Shown: one piece after another, positions 33,108-40,916 of the stretch
Numbering within the stretch: the first letter of the stretch is position 1
Layout: each line of letters opens with the position of its first letter
Source: Candidatus Rokuibacteriota bacterium
GTDB taxonomy: Bacteria; Methylomirabilota; Methylomirabilia; Rokubacteriales; CSP1-6
Assembly: GCA_003220685.1 (NCBI GenBank)
Contig: QHTE01000062.1
Span: 5,624 to 69,623, forward strand
DNA: 64,000 nt
Reading direction: 5' to 3'
Position numbers and translations under genes: made by a program
Notes under the pieces: model-generated
Databases searched by the model: none
What the model was told of the DNA's origin: nothing
Seen by the model: the letters and a program-made list of their open reading frames with translations, nothing else

Positions 33108-34970
33108 ATGCGGAGTCGACGGGTCATCGCGGCGTTTCTCATTCTCGCCAGCGCAGTCGGCGGCCCTGGGGCGATCCCCGCCGCCGACCCGCCCTCCCCC
33201 GAGCAGTCCGGCGAAATCACGCCCACGCGAGTGAGCTACCTCTACGGCGAAGTGTCCTTCTGGCGTCCGGGCGCGCCGGAGTGGGCCGAGGCGAAGACCA
33301 ACACACCGCTGGCGCCCGGCGACATCCTCTATACGGGCGCGGATGGCAACGCCGAGCTCCAGATCGGACCGCGCGCGTTCGTACGCGCCGGCAACGGCAC
33401 GCAGCTCGGGCTGGACAACGACGAGCCCGACTTCGTGCAGTTCCGCGTGACCGCCGGCCACACCGCGATCGACGTGCGGGAGATGCCGGCCGGCCACACG
33501 GTCGAGGTCGATACGCCGAACGCCGCGTTCACGATCGAGCGCCGGGGCTACTACCACGTCGATCTCTCCGAGGACACCACGACCTTCAGGGCTCATCGCG
33601 GGGGCAGTGCCACCGCGACCCCGGCTTCGGGAGCGGCCGCGGCCGTCGGGCCCAACCAGCAGATCGTGATCGCGGGCGCGGAGACGCCGAACGTGGAGAC
33701 GAGCGTGGCGCCGTCTCTCTCGGCGTGGGACCGCTGGAACAATCAGCGCACGGCCTATCTGATCCAGCCGACGAACGTGCAGAACGTCTCGCCCGGCATG
33801 TACGGCACCGAGGAGCTCGCCCAGCACGGAACCTGGCGGACCGAAGAGACGTACGGGCCCGTGTGGGCGCCGGCGAGCGTCCCTCCGGGGTGGGTGCCGT
33901 ACAGCACGGGGCGGTGGATCTGGGATCCGCGCTTCGGCTGGACCTGGCTCGACGCGGCGCCGTGGGGCTGGGCGCCGTACCACTACGGCCGCTGGGTCTT
34001 CGTCCGAGGCTACTGGGGATGGGCGCCCGGTCCCGTCGTCGTCCGGCCCGTGTATGCGCCGGCGCTCGTCGTCTTCCTCGGCGGTCCCGTGGTCGTCGCC
34101 GCGCGTCCGGTGCACTGGGCGCCGCTCGGCTGGGGCGAGCCGGTCATCCCCTGGTGGGGCCGTCCGGGATTCGTCGGCGTCGCCTGGTGGGGCGGCTGGG
34201 GCGGCCCGCGCGTCGTGAACAACGTCGTCGTCAATCGCACCACGACCGTCAACGTGACCAACATCAACGTCTACGGCAACGTCCACGTGCACAACGCGGT
34301 CGTCGGAGTCTCGGAAGAGCGCTTCGGACGCGGGGCCGTCCAGACCACGCGAGTCGACGACGCGCGGGTGCGGGAGCTGACGCCGGTCCGCGGGCCTCTT
34401 CAGATCAAACCGGTTGCGGCCAGCGCGATGAGCGCGGAGCGCTCGTCCTTGACGCCGCCCCCGGCCGCGCGGGAGCGCACCGTGGTCGCCACACGCGCGC
34501 CACGAAACTTTTCACCGGCGCTGCGCGCCCAGGGGCTCGGCGCCGAGCGCGAGGCGCCGCCGGCGGTGTCACCGCGAATCGTTCCCGCGCCGAAGCGCAC
34601 CGTCGTCGCTCCACCGCCGGAGGGTCAGAGCGTGGGTCAGCGGCCGCGCGCGGGCGAGACACCGAATGCCCGCCGACCAGAGCCGAGCTCCGCGCCCAGC
34701 GCCGGGCCCGCCCCACCGCGGCCCGGCCCTCGCGCCGCGCCCGCGTCGCCGGAATCCGGTCAGAGCAAGCGGCCACCAGTCGATGACGGCATCGGCGCCA
34801 GGAAGGTCGGCCCGCCCCCGCCTCCACCACGGAGCGCGGCCGAGTCACGCCAGGGACGCCCACACGCGCCGCAGGACCAGCGGCGGCATCCGGAGCCCAA
34901 GCAGGGTCAGCCCACGCAGCGCTCGGGCGAGCGGCCACCGGAAAACAAAGAAAAGCAGCCGGAGAAGTAA
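33108..34970 (+). CDS. secreted FecR-like/DUF6600-like protein with Trp-rich core and Pro/Arg-rich disordered tail
   Basis: 620 aa with a signal peptide. The core is WGWAPYHYGRWVFVRGYWGWAPGP. The last roughly 190 aa are low-complexity P/R/A/E. Confidence 0.6.
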   Translation: MRSRRVIAAFLILASAVGGPGAIPAADPPSPEQSGEITPTRVSYLYGEVSFWRPGAPEWAEAKTNTPLAPGDILYTGADGNAELQIGPRAFVRAGNGTQLGLDNDEPDFVQFRVTAGHTAIDVREMPAGHTVEVDTPNAAFTIERRGYYHVDLSEDTTTFRAHRGGSATATPASGAAAAVGPNQQIVIAGAETPNVETSVAPSLSAWDRWNNQRTAYLIQPTNVQNVSPGMYGTEELAQHGTWRTEETYGPVWAPASVPPGWVPYSTGRWIWDPRFGWTWLDAAPWGWAPYHYGRWVFVRGYWGWAPGPVVVRPVYAPALVVFLGGPVVVAARPVHWAPLGWGEPVIPWWGRPGFVGVAWWGGWGGPRVVNNVVVNRTTTVNVTNINVYGNVHVHNAVVGVSEERFGRGAVQTTRVDDARVRELTPVRGPLQIKPVAASAMSAERSSLTPPPAARERTVVATRAPRNFSPALRAQGLGAEREAPPAVSPRIVPAPKRTVVAPPPEGQSVGQRPRAGETPNARRPEPSSAPSAGPAPPRPGPRAAPASPESGQSKRPPVDDGIGARKVGPPPPPPRSAAESRQGRPHAPQDQRRHPEPKQGQPTQRSGERPPENKEKQPEK

Positions 34971-35162
34971 CCAGCCTCGGCTACGCGCAGGCAGCCCGGC
35001 GGCGACTCTGCATTTCAGGCGCCGGTGAGTCACTGCCGGGGTCCTGCAGGACTGCTCAGTTCTCCGAGTTGTAGGGACACCCCGGCCTAGACGAGCACCG
35101 GGCGCGCGTCAGAGTCCCGACCGCGAGGCGGTCGTTACCGTCATACAGTGCGAGGGTCACTG

Positions 35163-35870
35163 CTACGACGGTGTGAGTCTCTTGAAGCCTTCGGCGAGCG
35201 GCGTGTTGAATGGCGCTCCCGCACGTGTCGCCAATCCCCGTAAGAACCCTTCAACGTCAGGGTGGTTGCCGAACTGCGTGGCGTGCGCGCGCACAGCCTG
35301 CACCTTGAGGGCGAACGTCGAGGCGATGTCCACCACGTGATCCGCGTGATCGCTCATGATCAGCAGAATCTCCCGGACGCGGTAGGGCGCGAAGCCCGCT
35401 GCGGCGTGAACAGGATAGTACAGCGGCCCCGGAGCGCGGAAGTAACAGGCCTCAACGACCGCGTAGCCGATGGCGCGGTGATCCGGATGAAGCTGGGGGA
35501 CCCGGTAGGTCGGGGCTCCCCCATACGGATCATGCGTCACGATGGTGTCCGGCCGCTCCTCCCGAATCAGTCGGGTCGCCGCCTCGGCCAGAGCAGGACC
35601 GGCCCAGGCGAGTTCCCCGTCCTTGAAGTCCAGGAATGTCAACCGCTGAACGCCCAAGATCGCGGCGGCAGACCTCTGCTCGACCTCGCGCATAGCGGCG
35701 ACCTGTTCGGGCGTCATCCCTGGATCGTCATGGCCCTTGTCGCCTCGGGTGAACATCACCGAGTGGACTTCGTGACCTTCGTCGATCCATCGGGCCACCG
35801 TTCCACCGGCCATGATGTCGGCATCGTCAGGGTGTGCGGTCATGATGAGGACGCGTCTCGGCGTCGTCAT
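35163..35870 (-). CDS. PIG-L/LmbE family deacetylase
   Basis: Start trimmed to MTTPRRVLIMTAHPDDADIMAGG. Has an HPDH motif. ATGA overlap with the MFS gene. Confidence 0.85.
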   Translation of the reverse strand: MTTPRRVLIMTAHPDDADIMAGGTVARWIDEGHEVHSVMFTRGDKGHDDPGMTPEQVAAMREVEQRSAAAILGVQRLTFLDFKDGELAWAGPALAEAATRLIREERPDTIVTHDPYGGAPTYRVPQLHPDHRAIGYAVVEACYFRAPGPLYYPVHAAAGFAPYRVREILLIMSDHADHVVDIASTFALKVQAVRAHATQFGNHPDVEGFLRGLATRAGAPFNTPLAEGFKRLTPS

Positions 35871-37072
35871 GATGCAGTGGTGGGAACGGCGGTCAGCCGG
35901 TAGCACGCCCACGCGAGAGCACACACGAGAACCGCAGCACCGACGAATGGCGCGGCGAGGCCGCCGACATCGCCGAGAGTGCCCATTACAAGGGGGCCGA
36001 CGATCATTCCAGCGTCGGCCAGAGTGCGAAGCCAGCCCACGGCGATGCCGTGGAGTTCCGGAGACACCCGGTCGCCGATGATCGCGGTGGGAAGACCGGC
36101 GACGAACCCGGCCCCCGCGCCAATCAGGAGACTCCAGATGGTGAGCAAGAGGGGATGCATCACGAGCGGGAGGCTCGCCAGGACGATCGCATACCCGAGG
36201 AGTCCAAGCCCGAGGACTGGCAGCCGGTTCCAGCGATCGGGAAGACGACTCACAAGCCACAAGGCGAGCAATCGTCCCATGACGCTCACGCCAACCAGGT
36301 AGCCAACGGCCTCGGGAGCAAGATGTCCCCATTCGAGCACGGACAGCGGGAAGAGGAACACGATCACCCCAGTCTGCACCGCGACGAGTGCCGCGTTGAT
36401 GATGCTCATGAGCATCACGCCGGGCACTCGAACGACGGTACGGAGCCGATGGCCATGAGCAGTGTTAGCTGCTGAACTTGCGTTAAGTAGTGGTGGCGGG
36501 AGGGCGAGCCAGCCTGCCGCAATCGCAGCGACCATCATGCATGCCGCCTCGAATAGAAACGGGCTCGTCGCGCCCACTGCCGCGTAGAGCCAACCGCCCC
36601 CGATGCTGCCTAACAGGGCTCCACCTGTTTCGGCCATCAGCAGGCGGCTGATCGCGCGGCCTCGACGCGCGCCACGGTCTACCATCACGGTCGTGGCAAC
36701 CGTGGCGAACATGGCCCACCCAATCCCTGCAACGCTTCGGATACCGAGGAAGACACCGTAGGCCGCCGTGAGCGCGGACGCGATGTCGCTGCTAGCAATC
36801 ACGGCAAGGCCGGTGATCATCAGCGGTCGGCGGCCCAAGCGGTCGAGCAGGTAGCCTGTCGGGAGATTGGCGATCCACTTCCCGGCTCCGAACACCGTGG
36901 GGATCACCGTGACCATCCGGTAATTCGCCCCGAAGAACTGTTGGAGGTAGAGCGGCAACGAGGGGCGAAGGACACCCTGGCCGAGGTTGAACATGAAGGC
37001 AGCGACGAGGACACCCACCGTCTCGCCCGACCGCCGAGGCCCGGGCTCGGTTACTTGCTCTTGTGAAGGCAC
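35867..37072 (-). CDS. MFS transporter
   Basis: 401 aa with about 12 TM segments and the GYLLDRLGRRP loop motif. Confidence 0.85.
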   Translation of the reverse strand: MPSQEQVTEPGPRRSGETVGVLVAAFMFNLGQGVLRPSLPLYLQQFFGANYRMVTVIPTVFGAGKWIANLPTGYLLDRLGRRPLMITGLAVIASSDIASALTAAYGVFLGIRSVAGIGWAMFATVATTVMVDRGARRGRAISRLLMAETGGALLGSIGGGWLYAAVGATSPFLFEAACMMVAAIAAGWLALPPPLLNASSAANTAHGHRLRTVVRVPGVMLMSIINAALVAVQTGVIVFLFPLSVLEWGHLAPEAVGYLVGVSVMGRLLALWLVSRLPDRWNRLPVLGLGLLGYAIVLASLPLVMHPLLLTIWSLLIGAGAGFVAGLPTAIIGDRVSPELHGIAVGWLRTLADAGMIVGPLVMGTLGDVGGLAAPFVGAAVLVCALAWACYRLTAVPTTAS

Positions 37073-37470
37073 GTGCAGTAGCCACGCCCGCCATGGCGGG
37101 GTGACCTGCGCGCCAGTGCTGCGCGGCGACGCTCCAGTTCTTTACGAAGGCGCGTGAGCGCGGCGATTTGGGTTGTCGTCTGCGAAATCCGGGTATCGAG
37201 CATGTCGAGGACCCGCGTTCGGGTACCGCCGTTCCCTGGGACACTCGCGGCGACGATCAACTCTCGGATCGCCTCCAACGTGAGACCAAGGGTTTTCGCC
37301 TCGCGGATGAACTCCAGGCGGTGAAGGTCTATTTCAGCGTAGACGCGATAGCCCGCGGCGGTGCGCCGGGGAGCGGGCAAGATACCCGCCGCCTCGTACA
37401 GCCGGAGCGCCTTTCTGCTTGCGCCGCTACGTTTTGCGACCTCGCCAATCAGGAGGCCGTCTCTGCTCAC
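37051..37470 (-). CDS. MerR family transcriptional regulator
   Basis: GTG start. The HTH is LLIGEVAKRSGASRKALRLYEAAGIL. Has a C-terminal Cys pair, YCTC. Overlaps the MFS start by 22 nt. Confidence 0.8.
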   Translation of the reverse strand: MSRDGLLIGEVAKRSGASRKALRLYEAAGILPAPRRTAAGYRVYAEIDLHRLEFIREAKTLGLTLEAIRELIVAASVPGNGGTRTRVLDMLDTRISQTTTQIAALTRLRKELERRRAALARRSPRHGGRGYCTCLHKSK

Positions 37471-37718
37471 GGGCCATACGGTAAACCCTGCCCCTGGGGA
37501 CAAGGTCAAGCGAGAAAGTTGCGCCACCGGGGAGCACCGGACCGCGCCGCGCCCCGGCCGAGGGCACCGGCGAATCCGGGTGCTCGTGGACAAAGGAAGG
37601 CCCCGGCGCGATGGTCTGCGCTCGGGGCCTTGGGTGCTACTCTACCGAGTGTCTATGCGTCCCTCGAAGGGTACACGAACGGGTGCAAGCGGAGCGGCGG
37701 CGCTCCCCCGGATCTGGA

Positions 37719-38693
37719 TCAATGCATCCGGTGGTCGTCGAAGCCGGCCGAGGACTTGATCCGCTCCTCGGTGCCCGGGATGTACTTCTTCTCGAGCTCC
37801 TGGAAGTGCGACACCCGCGCCATCACGTGATGGCTCTCGGTCGGGTGACCCACCTTCGTCTTCTCGAGCCTCCACTGCGCCTGCTCCTGGTCGCGCACCA
37901 GCTCCTCCATCGCGTTCCAGGTCGCGTACGTCGCCGCGTGGGAGGCGAAGAGCGTGATGAAGATGAACTTGTAGCCGAGCTCGCCCAGCTCTCTGAACGT
38001 GAACGGGTTCGGGTCCTGATGCCACCGGAACGAGGACGAGTAGTTGAACGACAGCGGCAGGTCCGGATGGCTCTCGCGCATGGCCTTGGCGAAGGCCACC
38101 GCGGGCTCGCGCGAGGCGTTCGAGAGCTCGCACCACACGGAGTCGACACCCGCGTCGGCGTACGCGCGGCCGCGGCGGATCGCCTCCTCGAGGCTTCCGC
38201 CCACGGCGCCGTAGGCATCCGTCCGGGCGATGATCACGAAATCGGGGTCGAGGCGGTCGCGCGTATCGAGGGCGGCGCGGTACTTCCCGAGGCCCTCGTC
38301 GAGGCTCACGACGGTCTTCCCGGCGATGTGCCCGCACCGCTTGGGGAAGCGCTGGTCCTCCAGGTGGATCCCGGCGACGCCCGTCTTGACGAACTCCTGC
38401 ACCGTCCGGATCGTCGACAGCGCGTTGCCGTAGCCGTCGTCGGCGTCGGCGATAACCGGCAGCGTCGTGGCGGACGCGACCATCGACGCGATCCGCGCGA
38501 CCTCGGTCTGGGTGAGAAAGCCCATGTCCGGCCACGCGTTGTGCAGGGCCATCGAGTAGCCGCTCAGGTAGATCGACTTCATGCCGACCCGCTCGGCCAT
38601 CTGGGCCCCGAGCGGCTCGTAGACGCCACCCGTGAACAGGTACGGCTCTTCCTTCAGCAGGCGTCGGAACTCTCGTCCTTTGCTCTCCGGCAT
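37719..38693 (-). CDS. isocitrate lyase / PEP mutase superfamily enzyme
   Basis: 324 aa. Has PVIADADDGYG and HLEDQRFPKRCGH (K-[KR]-CGH signature). Confidence 0.8.
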   Translation of the reverse strand: MPESKGREFRRLLKEEPYLFTGGVYEPLGAQMAERVGMKSIYLSGYSMALHNAWPDMGFLTQTEVARIASMVASATTLPVIADADDGYGNALSTIRTVQEFVKTGVAGIHLEDQRFPKRCGHIAGKTVVSLDEGLGKYRAALDTRDRLDPDFVIIARTDAYGAVGGSLEEAIRRGRAYADAGVDSVWCELSNASREPAVAFAKAMRESHPDLPLSFNYSSSFRWHQDPNPFTFRELGELGYKFIFITLFASHAATYATWNAMEELVRDQEQAQWRLEKTKVGHPTESHHVMARVSHFQELEKKYIPGTEERIKSSAGFDDHRMH

Positions 38694-38703
38694 CGACTCC
38701 TCC

Positions 38704-38868
38704 TCAGGCCACGCGGTGGCGCGCCAGCACCGTCGCGCACCACCGGCAATAGGTGTCAGTCTCCACGTGGATGACGCAGCTCGGGCAGGCCGCCACGTCG
38801 CACTCCTGGCAGCGCGCCGTCCGGCTCGGCTGCTCGAGCGTCGCTCCGCACTCGCACGTCGTCGACAT
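38704..38868 (-). CDS. 54-aa eight-cysteine (4 x CxC/CxxC) zinc-ribbon-like mini-protein
   Basis: MSTTCECG...CQEC...CPSC...CRWC. Ends 10 nt upstream of the ICL/PEPM-family gene. Confidence 0.45.
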   Translation of the reverse strand: MSTTCECGATLEQPSRTARCQECDVAACPSCVIHVETDTYCRWCATVLARHRVA

Positions 38869-38957
38869 GGCGTCTACCCCCGATCGAGCCGGCTTCGTGC
38901 CGCCTCTTTCGCCCTCCAGAGTGCGGTCCGGCGCGAGAACAATCAATGTTATTGTTT

Positions 38958-38972
38958 TTATCTCCGGGATAA
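38958..38972. promoter_or_regulatory. palindrome TTATC-N5-GATAA in an AT-rich divergent intergenic region (candidate LysR-type operator)
   Basis: ttatctccgggataa lies inside the only strongly AT-rich patch of the window (about 38930-39005), between the LysR gene and the divergent operon. Confidence 0.4.
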
Positions 38973-39011
38973 ATTATTTTTATCACTAGGAAGATTCCGG
39001 AATAGGGCGTC

Positions 39012-39926
39012 GTGGAAATCCCGCAGCTCGAGGCATTCCTGGCCGTCGGCACGTTCGGCGGCTTCCGCCGGGCCGCCGCGGCGCTGCGGCTCACGCAGCC
39101 GGCGGTCAGTGCGCGCATCCGCGCGCTCGAGGATTCGCTGAGCGTGCGTCTGTTCGAGCGCGGACAGCACGGGCTGGCCCTCTCGGCGGCCGGCCGCGCG
39201 CTCCGGCCTCACGCCGAGCAGGTTTTGCAGGCGGCCGCGCTCGCCCGCCAGGCGGTGCACGACGTCCGCCCGGCCAGCGGGGGGGCGCTCCAGATCGCCG
39301 CGGTGCTCTCCATCTGCACCTACCTCCTGCCCGACGTGCTCAAGCGGTTCCAGACGGCTCACCCGAGCGTGATGATCACGGTGCGCTCGGGCCACTCGAA
39401 GGAGGTGCTCGAGCTGGTGCTGCGCGGCGAGGCGGAGATTGGACTCGCGCGGTCGCTGCACCATCCCGAGGTCGAGACGGTGAGCCTCCGCAACGATCCT
39501 CTCGTGCTGGTGGGCCGCGCGGCATCGTGGCCCACGAGCACCCGACGGGCGCGGCTCGCGCAGATCGCCGACCGGCCGCTGATCTTCTTCGACCGCGGCT
39601 CGAGCGACTGGACCTTGACGCAGGGGCTCTTCCGCCGGGCCGGGCTCGTGCCCAACGTGGCGCTCGAGGTCGAGACGATCGAGACGGCCAAGCGCATGGT
39701 CGAGCGCGGGATGGGACTCGCCTTCCTGCCGCACCTGGCGGTCGGACGCGAGCTGCGCCGGCGCAGCCTGGTGGCGATCGAGATCGTGGACGCCGAGCCG
39801 ATCGCCCGCAGCCTCGACGTGATCCACCCGCGGCCTCGGCCGCTCTCCGCGGCCGCGCGCGCCTTGCTGCAGGCGTTGAGGTCGGCGCTCAGCGAGGCCG
39901 ACGGGCCTCCGCGCCGGCGGCGCTAG
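39012..39926 (+). CDS. LysR family transcriptional regulator
   Basis: 304 aa with a GTG start. N-terminal HTH is QLEAFLAVGTFGGFRRAAAALRLTQPAVSARIRALE. Confidence 0.9.
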   Translation: MEIPQLEAFLAVGTFGGFRRAAAALRLTQPAVSARIRALEDSLSVRLFERGQHGLALSAAGRALRPHAEQVLQAAALARQAVHDVRPASGGALQIAAVLSICTYLLPDVLKRFQTAHPSVMITVRSGHSKEVLELVLRGEAEIGLARSLHHPEVETVSLRNDPLVLVGRAASWPTSTRRARLAQIADRPLIFFDRGSSDWTLTQGLFRRAGLVPNVALEVETIETAKRMVERGMGLAFLPHLAVGRELRRRSLVAIEIVDAEPIARSLDVIHPRPRPLSAAARALLQALRSALSEADGPPRRRR

Positions 39927-40448
39927 CTAGCTCCGGCGAGCCAGCAGCCGGCGCAGCAGGGTCCTGCCCTGCTCACCCGCCCACTGACGCTCGCCGATCG
40001 CCTTGCCGACCAGCCTGCCCTGGCGGTCGACGAGGAAGACGCTCGGCGTGTAGGCGATCTGGTAGCTCTTCTCCGCTTCCTTGTTCGCGTCGAGCAGCAC
40101 CGTCGACGTCACGCCCCGGCTCTTCACGAACGCCGCGACCACGTCGCGTTTCTCGGCGAGGTTGATCGCCAGCACCACGAGCCCCTGATCGCGGAGCTCC
40201 TGGTGGACTCGCTCGATGGTCGAGGGCAACTCCCTCGCGCAGTACGGTCAGGTGCTCTCCCAGAAATAGAGCATGACGGCCCGGCCGAGCGCGTCGGCGA
40301 GCGCGACGGGCTTGCCGTCGAGCGACTCGAGGAAGAACGGCGCCGGCGTCTGGTCGCCGAGCGGCGTGACCTGGAACGCCGAGAGCAGCTCGTCGAGCGA
40401 ATCGTCCGCCGCGGCAGCCGGCAGCAGCCCGAGCCCGAGCAGCAGCAC
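39927..40448 (-). CDS. periplasmic TlpA/ResA/SoxS-like thioredoxin-fold redoxin with in-frame UGA (predicted selenocysteine, U-P-Y-C)
   Basis: ORFs 40248..40448 and 39927..40229 are in the same frame, separated only by TGA at 40250-40248. Read-through gives ...VMLYFWEST-U-PYCARELPSTIERVHQELRDQGLVVLAINL.... Confidence 0.65.
40221..40237 (-). promoter_or_regulatory. candidate bacterial SECIS hairpin
   Basis: The mRNA forms CGAGGG-AGUUG-CCCUCG (6-bp stem, 5-nt loop containing G and U), starting 8 nt after the UGA. Confidence 0.45.
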
Positions 40449-40464
40449 CGCCGCCAGCGCGAGC

Positions 40465-40914
40465 CTACGGCTTGATGTACGCGTAGCCCGCCTCCTGGAG
40501 CTCCATGACCCGCACGACGCCGCTCGGCACCGGCGTCGCGCCCTCGATCAGGTCCTTGAGGTCGATCTTCTGCCGCGCCATCGTGATCTGGCAGGCGTCG
40601 AGCCTGAGCCCGCCGGCCAGCAGGGTCTCGAGCTTGCCGCGCACGTCGGGATCGATGTCCCTGGCGAGAAACGTGCGCAGCGCCGGGCCGTGAACGACGA
40701 GCTCGAGCGCCTCGATGTTCTTCCAGCCGACGACGTGGACGTGATTGTCGATGTTGACGAGCACGGCCTTGGCGCGGTCAACGCCGGGATCGTCCAGGTG
40801 ATAGACAACCTTGTGCCGCTTCGGCTGCGCGGCCAGGTGCGACGCGTCGGTCGCGCTCGACCACGCGAGCGCTCCGACGGCGACCATCGCGACGAACCAG
40901 AGACTCGTTCGCAT
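40465..40914 (-). CDS. secreted DsrE-related (COG1416-like) sulfur-relay family protein
   Basis: 149 aa with a signal peptide. Has HKVVYHLDD, LRLDACQITM and the C-terminal LQEAGYAYIKP. Confidence 0.7.
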   Translation of the reverse strand: MRTSLWFVAMVAVGALAWSSATDASHLAAQPKRHKVVYHLDDPGVDRAKAVLVNIDNHVHVVGWKNIEALELVVHGPALRTFLARDIDPDVRGKLETLLAGGLRLDACQITMARQKIDLKDLIEGATPVPSGVVRVMELQEAGYAYIKP

Positions 40915-40916
40915 CG

